Part shown: positions 55,513 to 64,000 of the stretch, piece after piece
Position numbering within the stretch: position 1 is the first letter of the stretch
Layout of the letters: every line of letters begins with the position of its first letter
Assembly (NCBI GenBank): GCA_020720625.1
Contig: DYOH01000011.1
Coordinates: 1,421 to 65,420, forward strand
Length of the DNA stretch: 64,000 nucleotides
Source: Acetofilamentum sp.
Lineage (GTDB): Bacteria; Bacteroidota; Bacteroidia; Bacteroidales; DYOH01
Direction of reading: 5' to 3'
Notes under the pieces: model-generated
The model's database searches: none
Seen by the model: the letters and a program-made list of their open reading frames with translations, nothing else
What the model was told of the DNA's origin: nothing
Position numbers and translations under genes: made by a program

Positions 55513-58500
55513 TTAGAATGGTTTAATGGCAATAATGGTAATATCATCTCTTTGTGCTTGTCCTTCCATAAATTTATCTAATTGAGTATTTAATTCTAGT
55601 TGTTGATCGGCAAAGCTATAACCCGAAATATTCTTAATAAATTCAATAAATCTTGCGGTTCCATATCTTTTTCGGTTTGGCCCGTTTTGGTCAATAAATC
55701 CGTCGGAATAAAGATAAATCGTATCGTTTTTTTCAACATTAAGAAATTTGTTCTCAAATACATGAGGGTTTCTTGAGACAGCCCCACCAATCGACCTTCT
55801 TGTACCATTCACAAATTCTAGATTATTATTATTTATCCAAATAATTGGTCTTTTAGCTCCGGCAAAAACAATTGGAGTCAGTTTATCTGAATTCATCTCT
55901 ATTCGGATAATACTCATATCCATACCATCGTTGTTTTCTGTAATATTTTGTTTTAAAGCTTTTTTAATAGCTGCATCGAGATTGTTTAGGATATCTTGGG
56001 GAGAAATTATTTTTTGCTCGTTAACAATTTGATTAAGCAGTTGCATACCAATCATGCTCATAAAAGCGCCCGGCACCCCATGCCCGGTGCAGTCAACAAC
56101 GGCCAAAAAGCAATAGCGTTTGTCGTTTTCATAAGTAATGGTAGATGTCCAGTAAAAATCACCACTAACAATTTCTCTAGGTCTGTAAAGAATAAAATTT
56201 TCGAAATGTTCATTCAGCATTCTTTTACTTGGTAACAAAGCATCCTGAATAGTTTTTGCATAGTTTATACTTCCGGTTATATTTTTGTGAATGTCTTCGA
56301 TCTTATTTTTTTGTGTTTCAATTTCTTCTTTGGCTGACATCAACTGTTCATTTTGACTCTGGATTTCTTCAATTTGCTGGTTAATTTTTGCCTGTGCTTT
56401 TTTAAGTTCACTAATTTCTGTTTCAATTGCTACAATTTTTTTAATTTGATTATTCGCTGTTAAAATGGGTGTAATAGTAACTTGTATCCAAATGAATTTA
56501 CCGTTTTTGACAATATTGTAGGATTCGTAATTAAAGGATTTATTCGTATTTATACATTCTTGAATTTGAATTAATAAAGAAGCATTGCTGGTTTGTTCTA
56601 AAATTGTTTTTCCATGTATTTGAATAAATTCATTTTTGGAGTAGCCATATATTCTTTCAAATGATTTGTTTACCCATTCAAGCTCTAAATCGGCATTATA
56701 GATTAATACTGAATTTGATGTTTCGCTAACTACTAACGAAAGTTTCTCTAGTTCAAGATTAGTAAGTTCAAGTTGTTCTGCCTGTGCCTGTATCTCTTCT
56801 TTGGCTTGCATTAATTCGGCATTTTGCAAGATAATTTCTTCATTTTTGACGCGAAGTTCATAAGTTCTTTTTTCGACAATAGCTTCTAAATTCCTTTTTT
56901 GTTGAATTAAGCGCCTGGAATTAAAATATATCAACATCCAGATAAATGCAACAAAAATGAGTAAATATAGTGCATAAGCAACAAAAGTACGGTAATATGG
57001 TGCCTCTATGGTGAAACTATAGGAATTTATTTCGCTGATATGCCCATAAATATCTCTGGCCCTAAGTTTAAATATGTATTTGCCTTCCCATAGATTGGTG
57101 TATTGCTTAATGCTGTTTCTTGACCAATTGGACCAATTATTTTCAAGTCCTTGCAGTTGATAGGAATATTCAGTTTGATTTGAAAAGAGGTAATTGTTGC
57201 TCCCAAATTCAAAACTTAAAGTATTATTTTTATTATTATAAACACGTTTTTCAGCTTGATAAATTGAAATATTATTGCCGGAATCGGCATAGAAACCATT
57301 GAATAATAACGAGTCGTTGTTTACATAAACTGCGGAAATATATACCTTAAATTTTTTTTCAGCTTTGATTTGATTTTCCTCGTTTAAAAAATAAAGGCCT
57401 TCGCTTCCTCCAATCCAAACCTTATTCGGACTTTCTACAAACATGGATAATACCATCATCGATGGTATGCATTTTAGTTTATTTTCATCCCAGATGTATG
57501 AATTGTTTTCCTTAACTCCCTTAGTTATTGGACTCTTTAAATTATATAGTCCTGATAGATAAATTGTTTTATTGCTTTGTTCATTAAATTCAAACACATC
57601 GCGTGCATAAAACTTATTTCCTAAAGCTTCCACTTCAATTATCGAATCTTTTAGATTGTTGTATATGTATAATCCTTGCTCGGATGTGAAAATTAGACTG
57701 TTATTATAGGGATAAATCAGAATATTTTTCATGGATTTAAATCCATTTTCCAGGGTATAGTATTTTTGAGCAAGAAGCTTTCGGGTAGTATCCTTAAAAT
57801 TTAATTTAATAGCACCGTTTCTAAAGGTTCCAATCCAGAGATTTCCTAAAGTATCTTCATTAATTGCGCGAATATTGTCACTTATTTCATTTATTTCACC
57901 TTCATATTGCCATTTTCCCTTTTCATATATTATGGATGCCAATCCTTTGTCTAAACCAAGCCAAAGTCTGTTTGGATTTAACTTTGATTGATGTAAGCAA
58001 AAAATAGTATTTCCTGTTAAAATCTGAGTTAAATTATTCCTGTTATCAATCTCGTATAATCCCGAAGATGCTGATGCGAGTAAAATTACCTTGCTGCTAT
58101 CATTGTTTACTTCAAATCTTTTTAAACTCCAGGTTTGCCCCGATATGGAGCCAAGTGACAGAAGTTTGTTTTCTTTGTTTATGGTATAAAAGCCGGCTAA
58201 AGTTGATAAATATATCTGGTTGTTATTTCGAACAATATCAACAACAGCACTATTTAATCCATTTTGTTTATCCCAGTAACTTACCGCCAATGAAGTGTAA
58301 ATATGCATAAATCCATTGCTCATTGTAACCCACAAATCATTTCGTGAATCGATATACAAATTATAAACGCCAGTTTCATTTAAACCATTAGTTTTGTCTA
58401 TCGTTTTTATCAAATTGGCATTTTTATCTAAAACAAGCATGCCGCTTCTTGAAGTTGCCACGTAAATAAACATTTTACTCGCGGTAATTCTATATATTCC

Positions 58501-59259
58501 CAACTCGTTTAGTGTTTTATTTGCGTTTCCATTAAGTGCTATTACTTTATAATTATTGTTTGGCGTGAGCTGAAATAGTTGGTTGCCTGATGCAAAAAGC
58601 ACTGTATCTGAAGACTGGTTGCATACATTGTTAAAACTGTATTTCTCTAATCCTTCTGTAAAATGCGTACTTTTAAGTGTGTCGTTCTCAATTTTGTAAA
58701 CACCTTGTGAGCGCTCTTTAACATATACAATATCATTAATAGTAAAAAGATTTACATGTTCACTAAGGGATGCGATAATGCCTGTTTTTTTTGTTTTTCG
58801 ATTGTAGGTAAATATGTAGGTTCTCGATTGAAAATAAACTGTATCCTTAACAACGAGAATGTTCCAAATATCAAAGAATTTCTTTAAGCTTTGTGGAAGA
58901 TCAAGACTTAAATCAATAAAGTTTATTTCTCCTTTTGCGTCTGGTGCCAAATAGCCAAAATGCCCAACACTTCCTAAATATATTCTTCCATTCTCATCTT
59001 TAGCAAAACTTCTAACTGTAGTTTTTGAAGGTAAGGGAAATAACTTTTGCTTCTCGCCTGTTAATACGATGATGCCATCTCCATTAGCAATGTAAATAAT
59101 TCCATTGTCATCTTCAATGGCTGCCCAGTTTTGAGAGTGCGCGGCATATTCTTGTGGTGAATAATATCTGAGAAAATAATTACCTTTTTCTTGCGCAAAA
59201 GATGTATATTTTAACCATAGCATTATAGCAATGATTGTTATTATAGAATATTTAGGCAT
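55513..59259 (-). CDS. large sensor protein: periplasmic beta-propeller repeats + Y_Y_Y-like domain, TM, coiled coil, PAS, coiled coil, SpoIIE/PP2C phosphatase
   Basis: 1248 aa. N-terminal signal/TM. Repeated propeller-type segments (GLNxxxVxxIxxDxxGxIWIGT-like). Single TM (FVAYALYLLIFVAFIWMLIYF). PAS-like region. PP2C end with AKTIQDALLP and DCTGHGVPGAFM. Confidence 0.8.
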   Translation of the reverse strand: MPKYSIITIIAIMLWLKYTSFAQEKGNYFLRYYSPQEYAAHSQNWAAIEDDNGIIYIANGDGIIVLTGEKQKLFPLPSKTTVRSFAKDENGRIYLGSVGHFGYLAPDAKGEINFIDLSLDLPQSLKKFFDIWNILVVKDTVYFQSRTYIFTYNRKTKKTGIIASLSEHVNLFTINDIVYVKERSQGVYKIENDTLKSTHFTEGLEKYSFNNVCNQSSDTVLFASGNQLFQLTPNNNYKVIALNGNANKTLNELGIYRITASKMFIYVATSRSGMLVLDKNANLIKTIDKTNGLNETGVYNLYIDSRNDLWVTMSNGFMHIYTSLAVSYWDKQNGLNSAVVDIVRNNNQIYLSTLAGFYTINKENKLLSLGSISGQTWSLKRFEVNNDSSKVILLASASSGLYEIDNRNNLTQILTGNTIFCLHQSKLNPNRLWLGLDKGLASIIYEKGKWQYEGEINEISDNIRAINEDTLGNLWIGTFRNGAIKLNFKDTTRKLLAQKYYTLENGFKSMKNILIYPYNNSLIFTSEQGLYIYNNLKDSIIEVEALGNKFYARDVFEFNEQSNKTIYLSGLYNLKSPITKGVKENNSYIWDENKLKCIPSMMVLSMFVESPNKVWIGGSEGLYFLNEENQIKAEKKFKVYISAVYVNNDSLLFNGFYADSGNNISIYQAEKRVYNNKNNTLSFEFGSNNYLFSNQTEYSYQLQGLENNWSNWSRNSIKQYTNLWEGKYIFKLRARDIYGHISEINSYSFTIEAPYYRTFVAYALYLLIFVAFIWMLIYFNSRRLIQQKRNLEAIVEKRTYELRVKNEEIILQNAELMQAKEEIQAQAEQLELTNLELEKLSLVVSETSNSVLIYNADLELEWVNKSFERIYGYSKNEFIQIHGKTILEQTSNASLLIQIQECINTNKSFNYESYNIVKNGKFIWIQVTITPILTANNQIKKIVAIETEISELKKAQAKINQQIEEIQSQNEQLMSAKEEIETQKNKIEDIHKNITGSINYAKTIQDALLPSKRMLNEHFENFILYRPREIVSGDFYWTSTITYENDKRYCFLAVVDCTGHGVPGAFMSMIGMQLLNQIVNEQKIISPQDILNNLDAAIKKALKQNITENNDGMDMSIIRIEMNSDKLTPIVFAGAKRPIIWINNNNLEFVNGTRRSIGGAVSRNPHVFENKFLNVEKNDTIYLYSDGFIDQNGPNRKRYGTARFIEFIKNISGYSFADQQLELNTQLDKFMEGQAQRDDITIIAIKPF

Positions 59260-59890
59260 TTTGGCGATTTTTTTTAAAAATAATTAAATGCTTTGAAAAA
59301 AAAAAAACTTATTTTCTTTTTTCGGGATATACTTCTTTCAAAGATTGATTATTTTTGAAAGAGATAGCCTTTATTGAGATTAATTTTTCGTTACTTTTTT
59401 TGCATTAAGCAAATGTTTTTTTTGATTAATCTATTCCAGCAAAAAAAAAAAGTTGTTGAATAATAGTATAATACATTTGATTTTCGGATTTTTGGGTAAT
59501 TAGTTATTATTCAGCATAATGTAGCTTTTTGCGATTTTTTTTGAATCCTATAGATTGTATTTTGGCTGTGATAGTATTAATTAATTGTTTATTAATGCAT
59601 TAATGAGTGGTCTAATATTTATCACAAAATGTAATGTTTTTTTTATAAATATAAAGTGGCTATTTTATCGTCGTTCTGGCATTGAAAATCTGGAGAATAT
59701 TAATGTGTAGTCTGCATTAAAATTTGAGTTTTTGGGAACTCGGCAAATTAAATTTTTTAAAATTGCTGTTGTTGCGGGCAAAAAAGTTTGTCGGGAAAAC
59801 AGAACGTTTATTGATTTCAGCTTCTTATGTGCATAATACGAGTCAATAATTCAACAATACAATGAGATGCATACATTGTTGTCAAATTTA

Positions 59891-60664
59891 TTAATGCTCA
59901 GCAATAATTTTATCGATCAGGTTTGCCAGTTCGGATGGTTTTTCAAAAGGAAAGAGATGAGAACCCTCTATTTCGATAAACTCAAAAAAAGGCATTCGGC
60001 GTTTTACCCACTTCAAATCTTTGGGCTCCATAGCTTCAAATTGATTACTATACAAAAAATGAGCAGGAATTTTTAATTTCCGGGTTGGGAGTATCAATGG
60101 CATGGTTAAAAAAATGCGTACTTCAATTTCGCGTGGAATTTTTAGTACATATCCTTGCTTATGTTCTGTAAGTCCATGAGTAATATAATCAGTGAGGCAT
60201 TCGGGCGAAGCATGTTTAAACAGGGCTTTGTTTTTGAAATAGGAGTATGCCTCGTCGCGGGAGCTAAATTGTGTACGTCTAAATTTTGACTTATTTGCCG
60301 GATGAGGGTATTTATCGAGCTTGTTCATAAAAATAAGTGCTTCGATAACCCATCTTTTCAATGGCCTGAAGAATGGTGGGTCGAGAAGGATAATGTGCGA
60401 AAACAAATCGGGTCTTTGTTGGGCCGCCATGTATGATACCACGCCACCCAAGCTATGCCCAACAGCTACCACTGGTTTGTTTTCAGATGCTTCTATATTG
60501 ATAATAAGCTCATCTACGAGTGGCTTCCAATTATTTTTTACCTTAAATTTATCTAATCCCAAGGCCGGAATAAAGTTTACTGTATGCTTATCGAGATGTT
60601 TAAGAAAGCAATTGTAAGAGCCGGCAGGAAAACCATTGGCATGAGAAAATTGTATGGTGGCCAT
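59891..60664 (-). CDS. alpha/beta hydrolase
   Basis: Nucleophile elbow GHSLGG. The ATG at 60664 is preferred because the TTG at 60706 lies inside the metG terminator hairpin. Confidence 0.75.
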   Translation of the reverse strand: MATIQFSHANGFPAGSYNCFLKHLDKHTVNFIPALGLDKFKVKNNWKPLVDELIINIEASENKPVVAVGHSLGGVVSYMAAQQRPDLFSHIILLDPPFFRPLKRWVIEALIFMNKLDKYPHPANKSKFRRTQFSSRDEAYSYFKNKALFKHASPECLTDYITHGLTEHKQGYVLKIPREIEVRIFLTMPLILPTRKLKIPAHFLYSNQFEAMEPKDLKWVKRRMPFFEFIEIEGSHLFPFEKPSELANLIDKIIAEH

Positions 60665-60690
60665 AAGGCGTATTTTTTTAAATTTAAAAT

Positions 60691-60738
60691 AAGTCGTTGG
60701 ATGCAAGCAAACGAATATAGCTTACTATCCAACGACTT
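60691..60738 (-). terminator. terminator hairpin after metG
   Basis: 12-bp perfect stem aagtcgttggat(60691-60702)/atccaacgactt(60727-60738). On the minus strand it is followed by ATTTTAAATTT. Confidence 0.5.
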
Positions 60739-60747
60739 TTAATTAGT

Positions 60748-62781
60748 TTAGCTTACATTACTTCCGTTTGAAACGGATGCCGAAGGAAGCACAAATTCAA
60801 GTTTGCCATCCTGATTTTCTGCCATCAGAATCATGCCTTTAGATTCAATGCCTTTAATTTTGCGTGGTGCCAGATTCACCAGAATGCTCACTTGGCGACC
60901 AATAATATCTTGTGGCTGAAAATGTTCGGCAATACCAGAAACTACGGTCCTTGTATCAATACCTGTATCAATTGTTAGTTGAAGTAGTTTTTGGGTTTTG
61001 GGCACTTTTACGGCATCGAGAATAGTACCAATGCGTATATCCATTTTCTGAAAATCGTCGTATGTAACTTCTTCTTTCATAGGTTTTACATTGATTTTTT
61101 GGTTGATAAGTTTTTTAGAATGCTCCAGTTTGTCTACTTGCAACTGAATTTGCTCGTCTTCAATTTTCGAGAACAAAAGTTCGGTACTGCTGCTCAGTGC
61201 ATGAGCTTGAGAAAGGATATTTTTTCCAATTGCACTCCATTGCAATGGTTTTAATTGTAGTAAATCGAAAATTTTGCTTGAGGTAAAAGGCATAAAAGGT
61301 TCGAGAATTATGGCCAGGTTTGCGGTAATTTGCAAATTAATATGCATAATGGTTTCTACTCTGCTTTTGTCTTCTTTGAAGAGTTTCCAAGGTTCGGTTT
61401 CTGCAAGGTATTTGTTTCCCAATCGCGCCAGATTCATGGCTTGTTTTAGTGCTTCACGAAATTTGAATTGTTCCAGATTTGTTTCTACCTCTTGCTTAAT
61501 AACTGCAATTTCATTAAGTGTTTCTTCGTCTTGCGTGGTCAGAATGTTTATTGGAGGTACTTTTCCATCAAAATACTTATTTGTAAGTACTATGGTTCGG
61601 TTAATAAAATTACCCAAAATAGCTACCAATTCGCTATTGTTTCTTTGCTGAAAGTTTTTCCAGGTAAAATCGTTGTCTGATGTTTCTGGTGCATTGGCTG
61701 TTAGTGTGTAGCGCAACACGTCTTGCTGGTTAGGAAACTCTTGCAGATATTCGTGAAGCCAAACTGCCCAGTTTCGCGAAGTAGAAATTTTATCGCCTTC
61801 GAGATTTAAAAATTCGTTTGCAGGCACATTGTCGGGCAGAATATAATCGCCATGTGCTTTTAGCATTGCCGGAAAAATAATGCAGTGGAAAACGATATTA
61901 TCTTTGCCAATAAAATGTAATAGCCTGGTCTCTTTATCTTTCCAGTATAATTCCCAATTTGGTGTAAGTTCTTTGGTTGCCGAAATATATCCGATTGGTG
62001 CATCGAACCACACATAAAGCACTTTACCTGTTTCGCCATCAATGGGCACAGGCACTCCCCAGTCGAGATCCCGACTTACCGCACGCGGCTGCAGTCCTTG
62101 GTCAATCCATGATTTGCATTGCCCGTAAACATTGGGCTTCCATTCGGTGTGCTCTTCAAGTATCCATTTCCGCAAAAAGGCTTCGTGCTTATCGAGAGGC
62201 AAAAACCAGTGTTTGGTTTCGCGCAACACAGGCTTATTTCCGCTAATGGCCGAAATTGGATTAATAAGTTCTTTGCCATTGAGCGATGTCCCACATTTTT
62301 CGCATTGGTCGCCGTAAGCTCTCTCAAATCCGCAATAGGGGCAGGTACCAACCACGTATCTGTCGGCCAAAAACTGGTTTTCTTTTTCGTCGAACAGTTG
62401 TTCAGTTGTATTTTCTATAAATTGATTTTCGTCGTATAGTTTTCTGAAAAAAGTAGAAGCTGTTTCATGATGCACTTTGCTGCTTGTTCGGGAGTATATG
62501 TCGAAAGAAATTCCAAAATCATGGAAAGATTTTTTTATTATTTCGTGATATCTATCTACCACTTCCTGGGGGCTAATACCTTCTTTTCTTGCTTTAAGAG
62601 TAATGGGAACACCATGCTCGTCGGAGCCACAAACCCATTTTACATCTTTATTATTGGAGCGCAGGTATCGCACATAAATATCGGCTGGAACATATACGCC
62701 GGCAAGGTGGCCAATGTGTATTGGGCCGTTCGCATAAGGCAATGCGGTGGTTACTAGTGTACGTTTAAATTGATTACTCAT
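60748..62781 (-). CDS. metG: methionine--tRNA ligase
   Basis: HIGH motif (PIHIGHLAG), zinc knuckle CPYCG...CEKCG, KISTS (KMSKS-type), C-terminal tRNA-binding domain ([15 protein letters not shown]). ATG at 62781. Confidence 0.9.
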   Translation of the reverse strand: MSNQFKRTLVTTALPYANGPIHIGHLAGVYVPADIYVRYLRSNNKDVKWVCGSDEHGVPITLKARKEGISPQEVVDRYHEIIKKSFHDFGISFDIYSRTSSKVHHETASTFFRKLYDENQFIENTTEQLFDEKENQFLADRYVVGTCPYCGFERAYGDQCEKCGTSLNGKELINPISAISGNKPVLRETKHWFLPLDKHEAFLRKWILEEHTEWKPNVYGQCKSWIDQGLQPRAVSRDLDWGVPVPIDGETGKVLYVWFDAPIGYISATKELTPNWELYWKDKETRLLHFIGKDNIVFHCIIFPAMLKAHGDYILPDNVPANEFLNLEGDKISTSRNWAVWLHEYLQEFPNQQDVLRYTLTANAPETSDNDFTWKNFQQRNNSELVAILGNFINRTIVLTNKYFDGKVPPINILTTQDEETLNEIAVIKQEVETNLEQFKFREALKQAMNLARLGNKYLAETEPWKLFKEDKSRVETIMHINLQITANLAIILEPFMPFTSSKIFDLLQLKPLQWSAIGKNILSQAHALSSSTELLFSKIEDEQIQLQVDKLEHSKKLINQKINVKPMKEEVTYDDFQKMDIRIGTILDAVKVPKTQKLLQLTIDTGIDTRTVVSGIAEHFQPQDIIGRQVSILVNLAPRKIKGIESKGMILMAENQDGKLEFVLPSASVSNGSNVS

Positions 62782-62820
62782 TATCATGCAATTTTTGTGG
62801 CATAAGATTAAAATGCCTTG

Positions 62821-62828
62821 CAAAGATA
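62821..62828 (-). promoter_or_regulatory. Bacteroidetes -7 promoter motif TATCTTTG for metG
   Basis: caaagata on the plus strand is an exact TAnnTTTG on the minus strand, 40 nt upstream of ATG 62781. It contains the track's TTG start (62823). Confidence 0.5.
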
Positions 62829-62864
62829 ATGGACTTGACTAAACTTTACAATGAAAATGCAGAA

Positions 62865-63521
62865 CTATTTGTGAATTTCGAAATAATCGGGAGGAATTTG
62901 AAATATAATATCGTTGATTTTTTGTTTTTTGATGCTTCTGATTTCGTCTTGTGCCCTGAATTCTCTCAAAAGGCCTCTTTCTACGCTTTCCATTGGGAAA
63001 AATTCTTCGTAATCGGGTATAAACATGTAGTAGGAGCATTTTTTGTCGGACCTGTTTATATTGAGCAGAATTTCTACCAGGTAGCTAAACTCTTCTTTTG
63101 CCACCCAGTAACTTACTGTGGTGTTTTTTATTTTATTGGTAACCAACCATTGATAGCATTGGTATCCGTTAAGATATTTGTAGTTTGTGGTTTTTTTTAT
63201 TTCAATAAATTCTTGTTCAGCTTCATTAAGATTGCTTTCTCTTAGAGCATATTTTATGTATACTTTTCTTTCGTCGCTTATTTCATAAACCATTTTTTCG
63301 GTCATGTTCACCATAAATACTCTTTCAATGGTATTATTGCTGTTAAACTGATTTATCTTAATGAGTTTATCTTTAATCAGAAATTCGAAGTGGCTGGTGT
63401 CTGCAATAGTGGTTTGAAGTATTTCTACCCTGCCTTCGAATGGTTGAGAGTTGCCGGCATTAAAAAGGCTAAAGGGTAGGAAAAGAAGGATGAATTGAAT
63501 CTTTATAAAAAACATTTTCAT
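62865..63521 (-). CDS. hypothetical secreted protein
   Basis: 218 aa with a signal peptide (MKMFFIKIQFILLFLPFSLFNAGNSQ). No family confidently recognised. Confidence 0.5.
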   Translation of the reverse strand: MKMFFIKIQFILLFLPFSLFNAGNSQPFEGRVEILQTTIADTSHFEFLIKDKLIKINQFNSNNTIERVFMVNMTEKMVYEISDERKVYIKYALRESNLNEAEQEFIEIKKTTNYKYLNGYQCYQWLVTNKIKNTTVSYWVAKEEFSYLVEILLNINRSDKKCSYYMFIPDYEEFFPMESVERGLLREFRAQDEIRSIKKQKINDIIFQIPPDYFEIHK

Positions 63522-63554
63522 TGATTATTGTTTGGCGACTTAGAATCTAATACG

Positions 63555-63562
63555 TAATTTTG
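63555..63562 (+). promoter_or_regulatory. Bacteroidetes -7 promoter motif TAATTTTG upstream of the YraN-family gene
   Basis: Exact TAnnTTTG, 43 nt upstream of ATG 63605. It contains the track's TTG start (63560). Confidence 0.45.
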
Positions 63563-63604
63563 AAATTAAAGATAGAGAAAAAGTTCGAATTAACATATTT
63601 TTTT

Positions 63605-63967
63605 ATGGGTAATCATCAGAATTTAGGTAATAAAGGCGAAGAAATCGCACGTAAATACCTTAACGACAAGGGCTTTAGTATGCTTGAACAAAATTGGCAT
63701 TTTCATCATAAGGAAATTGATCTTATTGCGCATAAGGATGGAGTTATTCATATTGTAGAGGTAAAATCGCGAAGCGGAAATTATCTTGAACTTCCACGAT
63801 GGGCTGTGAATAAGCAAAAGCAGAGGGATTTGGTTGCTGCGGCTAACGGATATATTGTTGAGAAAAATCTGGATATGGAGGTTAGTTTTGATATTATTGA
63901 GGTAATAAAACACAAAGAGCAATTCTATGTGCGTTTTATCCCGGATGCCTTTTACCCATTAATCTAG
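63605..63967 (+). CDS. YraN-family (UPF0102) endonuclease-like protein
   Basis: GEEIARKYLNDKGF, KEIDLIA and IVEVKSR motifs, about 120 aa. Confidence 0.8.
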   Translation: MGNHQNLGNKGEEIARKYLNDKGFSMLEQNWHFHHKEIDLIAHKDGVIHIVEVKSRSGNYLELPRWAVNKQKQRDLVAAANGYIVEKNLDMEVSFDIIEVIKHKEQFYVRFIPDAFYPLI

Positions 63968-64000
63968 GATGTAAATACTTCTTTGCACGCCAAGTCGCAC

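Noticed and set aside
62829-63245. 138-aa plus-strand ORF overlapping the 218-aa minus-strand gene
   Set aside because: The Phe-rich translation is typical of the antisense strand of a Lys/Glu-rich gene. The minus-strand ORF has a clean signal peptide and is longer. The plus-strand ORF starts inside the metG promoter region.
1-64000. Search for CRISPR arrays, tRNA/rRNA genes, transposases, integrases, prophage or known defence genes
   Set aside because: I saw no regularly spaced direct repeats and no tRNA-like or rRNA-like segments in the larger gaps (640-929, 1368-1611, 14023-14303, 15021-15515, 20329-20606, 32310-32586, 55130-55512, 59260-59890). No ORF has recombinase, transposase or phage hallmarks. 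RmuC and the YraN-family protein are isolated housekeeping-type nucleases. This was a visual scan, not an exhaustive computation.

Overview
This 64-kb window is AT-rich and densely coding, with about 46 CDS on both strands. It looks like a chromosomal core region of a Bacteroidota bacterium. Three things support that assignment. Type IX secretion genes are present: a 2475-aa SprA-like translocon, a PorP/SprF-family protein, and a type-B C-terminal-domain cargo. A Bacteroidetes-type GH3 homolog is also present. Exact TAnnTTTG (-7) promoter motifs sit 16-45 nt upstream of many start codons.

Most genes are housekeeping: prs, maeB, pdxA, pepA, ruvA, gcvH, rmuC, rdgB, tyrS, metG, prmA, nhaA, a class A PBP, and an FprA flavodiiron protein.

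Notable blocks:
- A five-gene mevalonate-pathway operon: type 2 IDI, class II HMG-CoA reductase, a GYDIA-family GHMP kinase, diphosphomevalonate decarboxylase, and a mevalonate-kinase-like protein.
- A tightly overlapping five-gene operon: GH3 homolog, rdgB, two paralogous membrane proteins, and a sensor PP2C phosphatase.
- A second, 1248-aa propeller/PAS/PP2C sensor, preceded by a 631-bp ORF-free AT-rich region with long homopolymer tracts.
- A Wzz-like / O-antigen-ligase-like pair next to a T9SS cargo/PorP pair.

I found no rRNA, tRNA, CRISPR array, transposase, integrase or recognisable defence system. I cannot point to a clear-cut new system. The best candidates for undescribed biology are the PP2C signalling operon with its paralogous membrane proteins, the giant PP2C sensor with its upstream region, and two orphan promoter-plus-hairpin units that could be small RNAs.

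All family calls rest on motifs read from the translations and recalled from known families. No database search was run.
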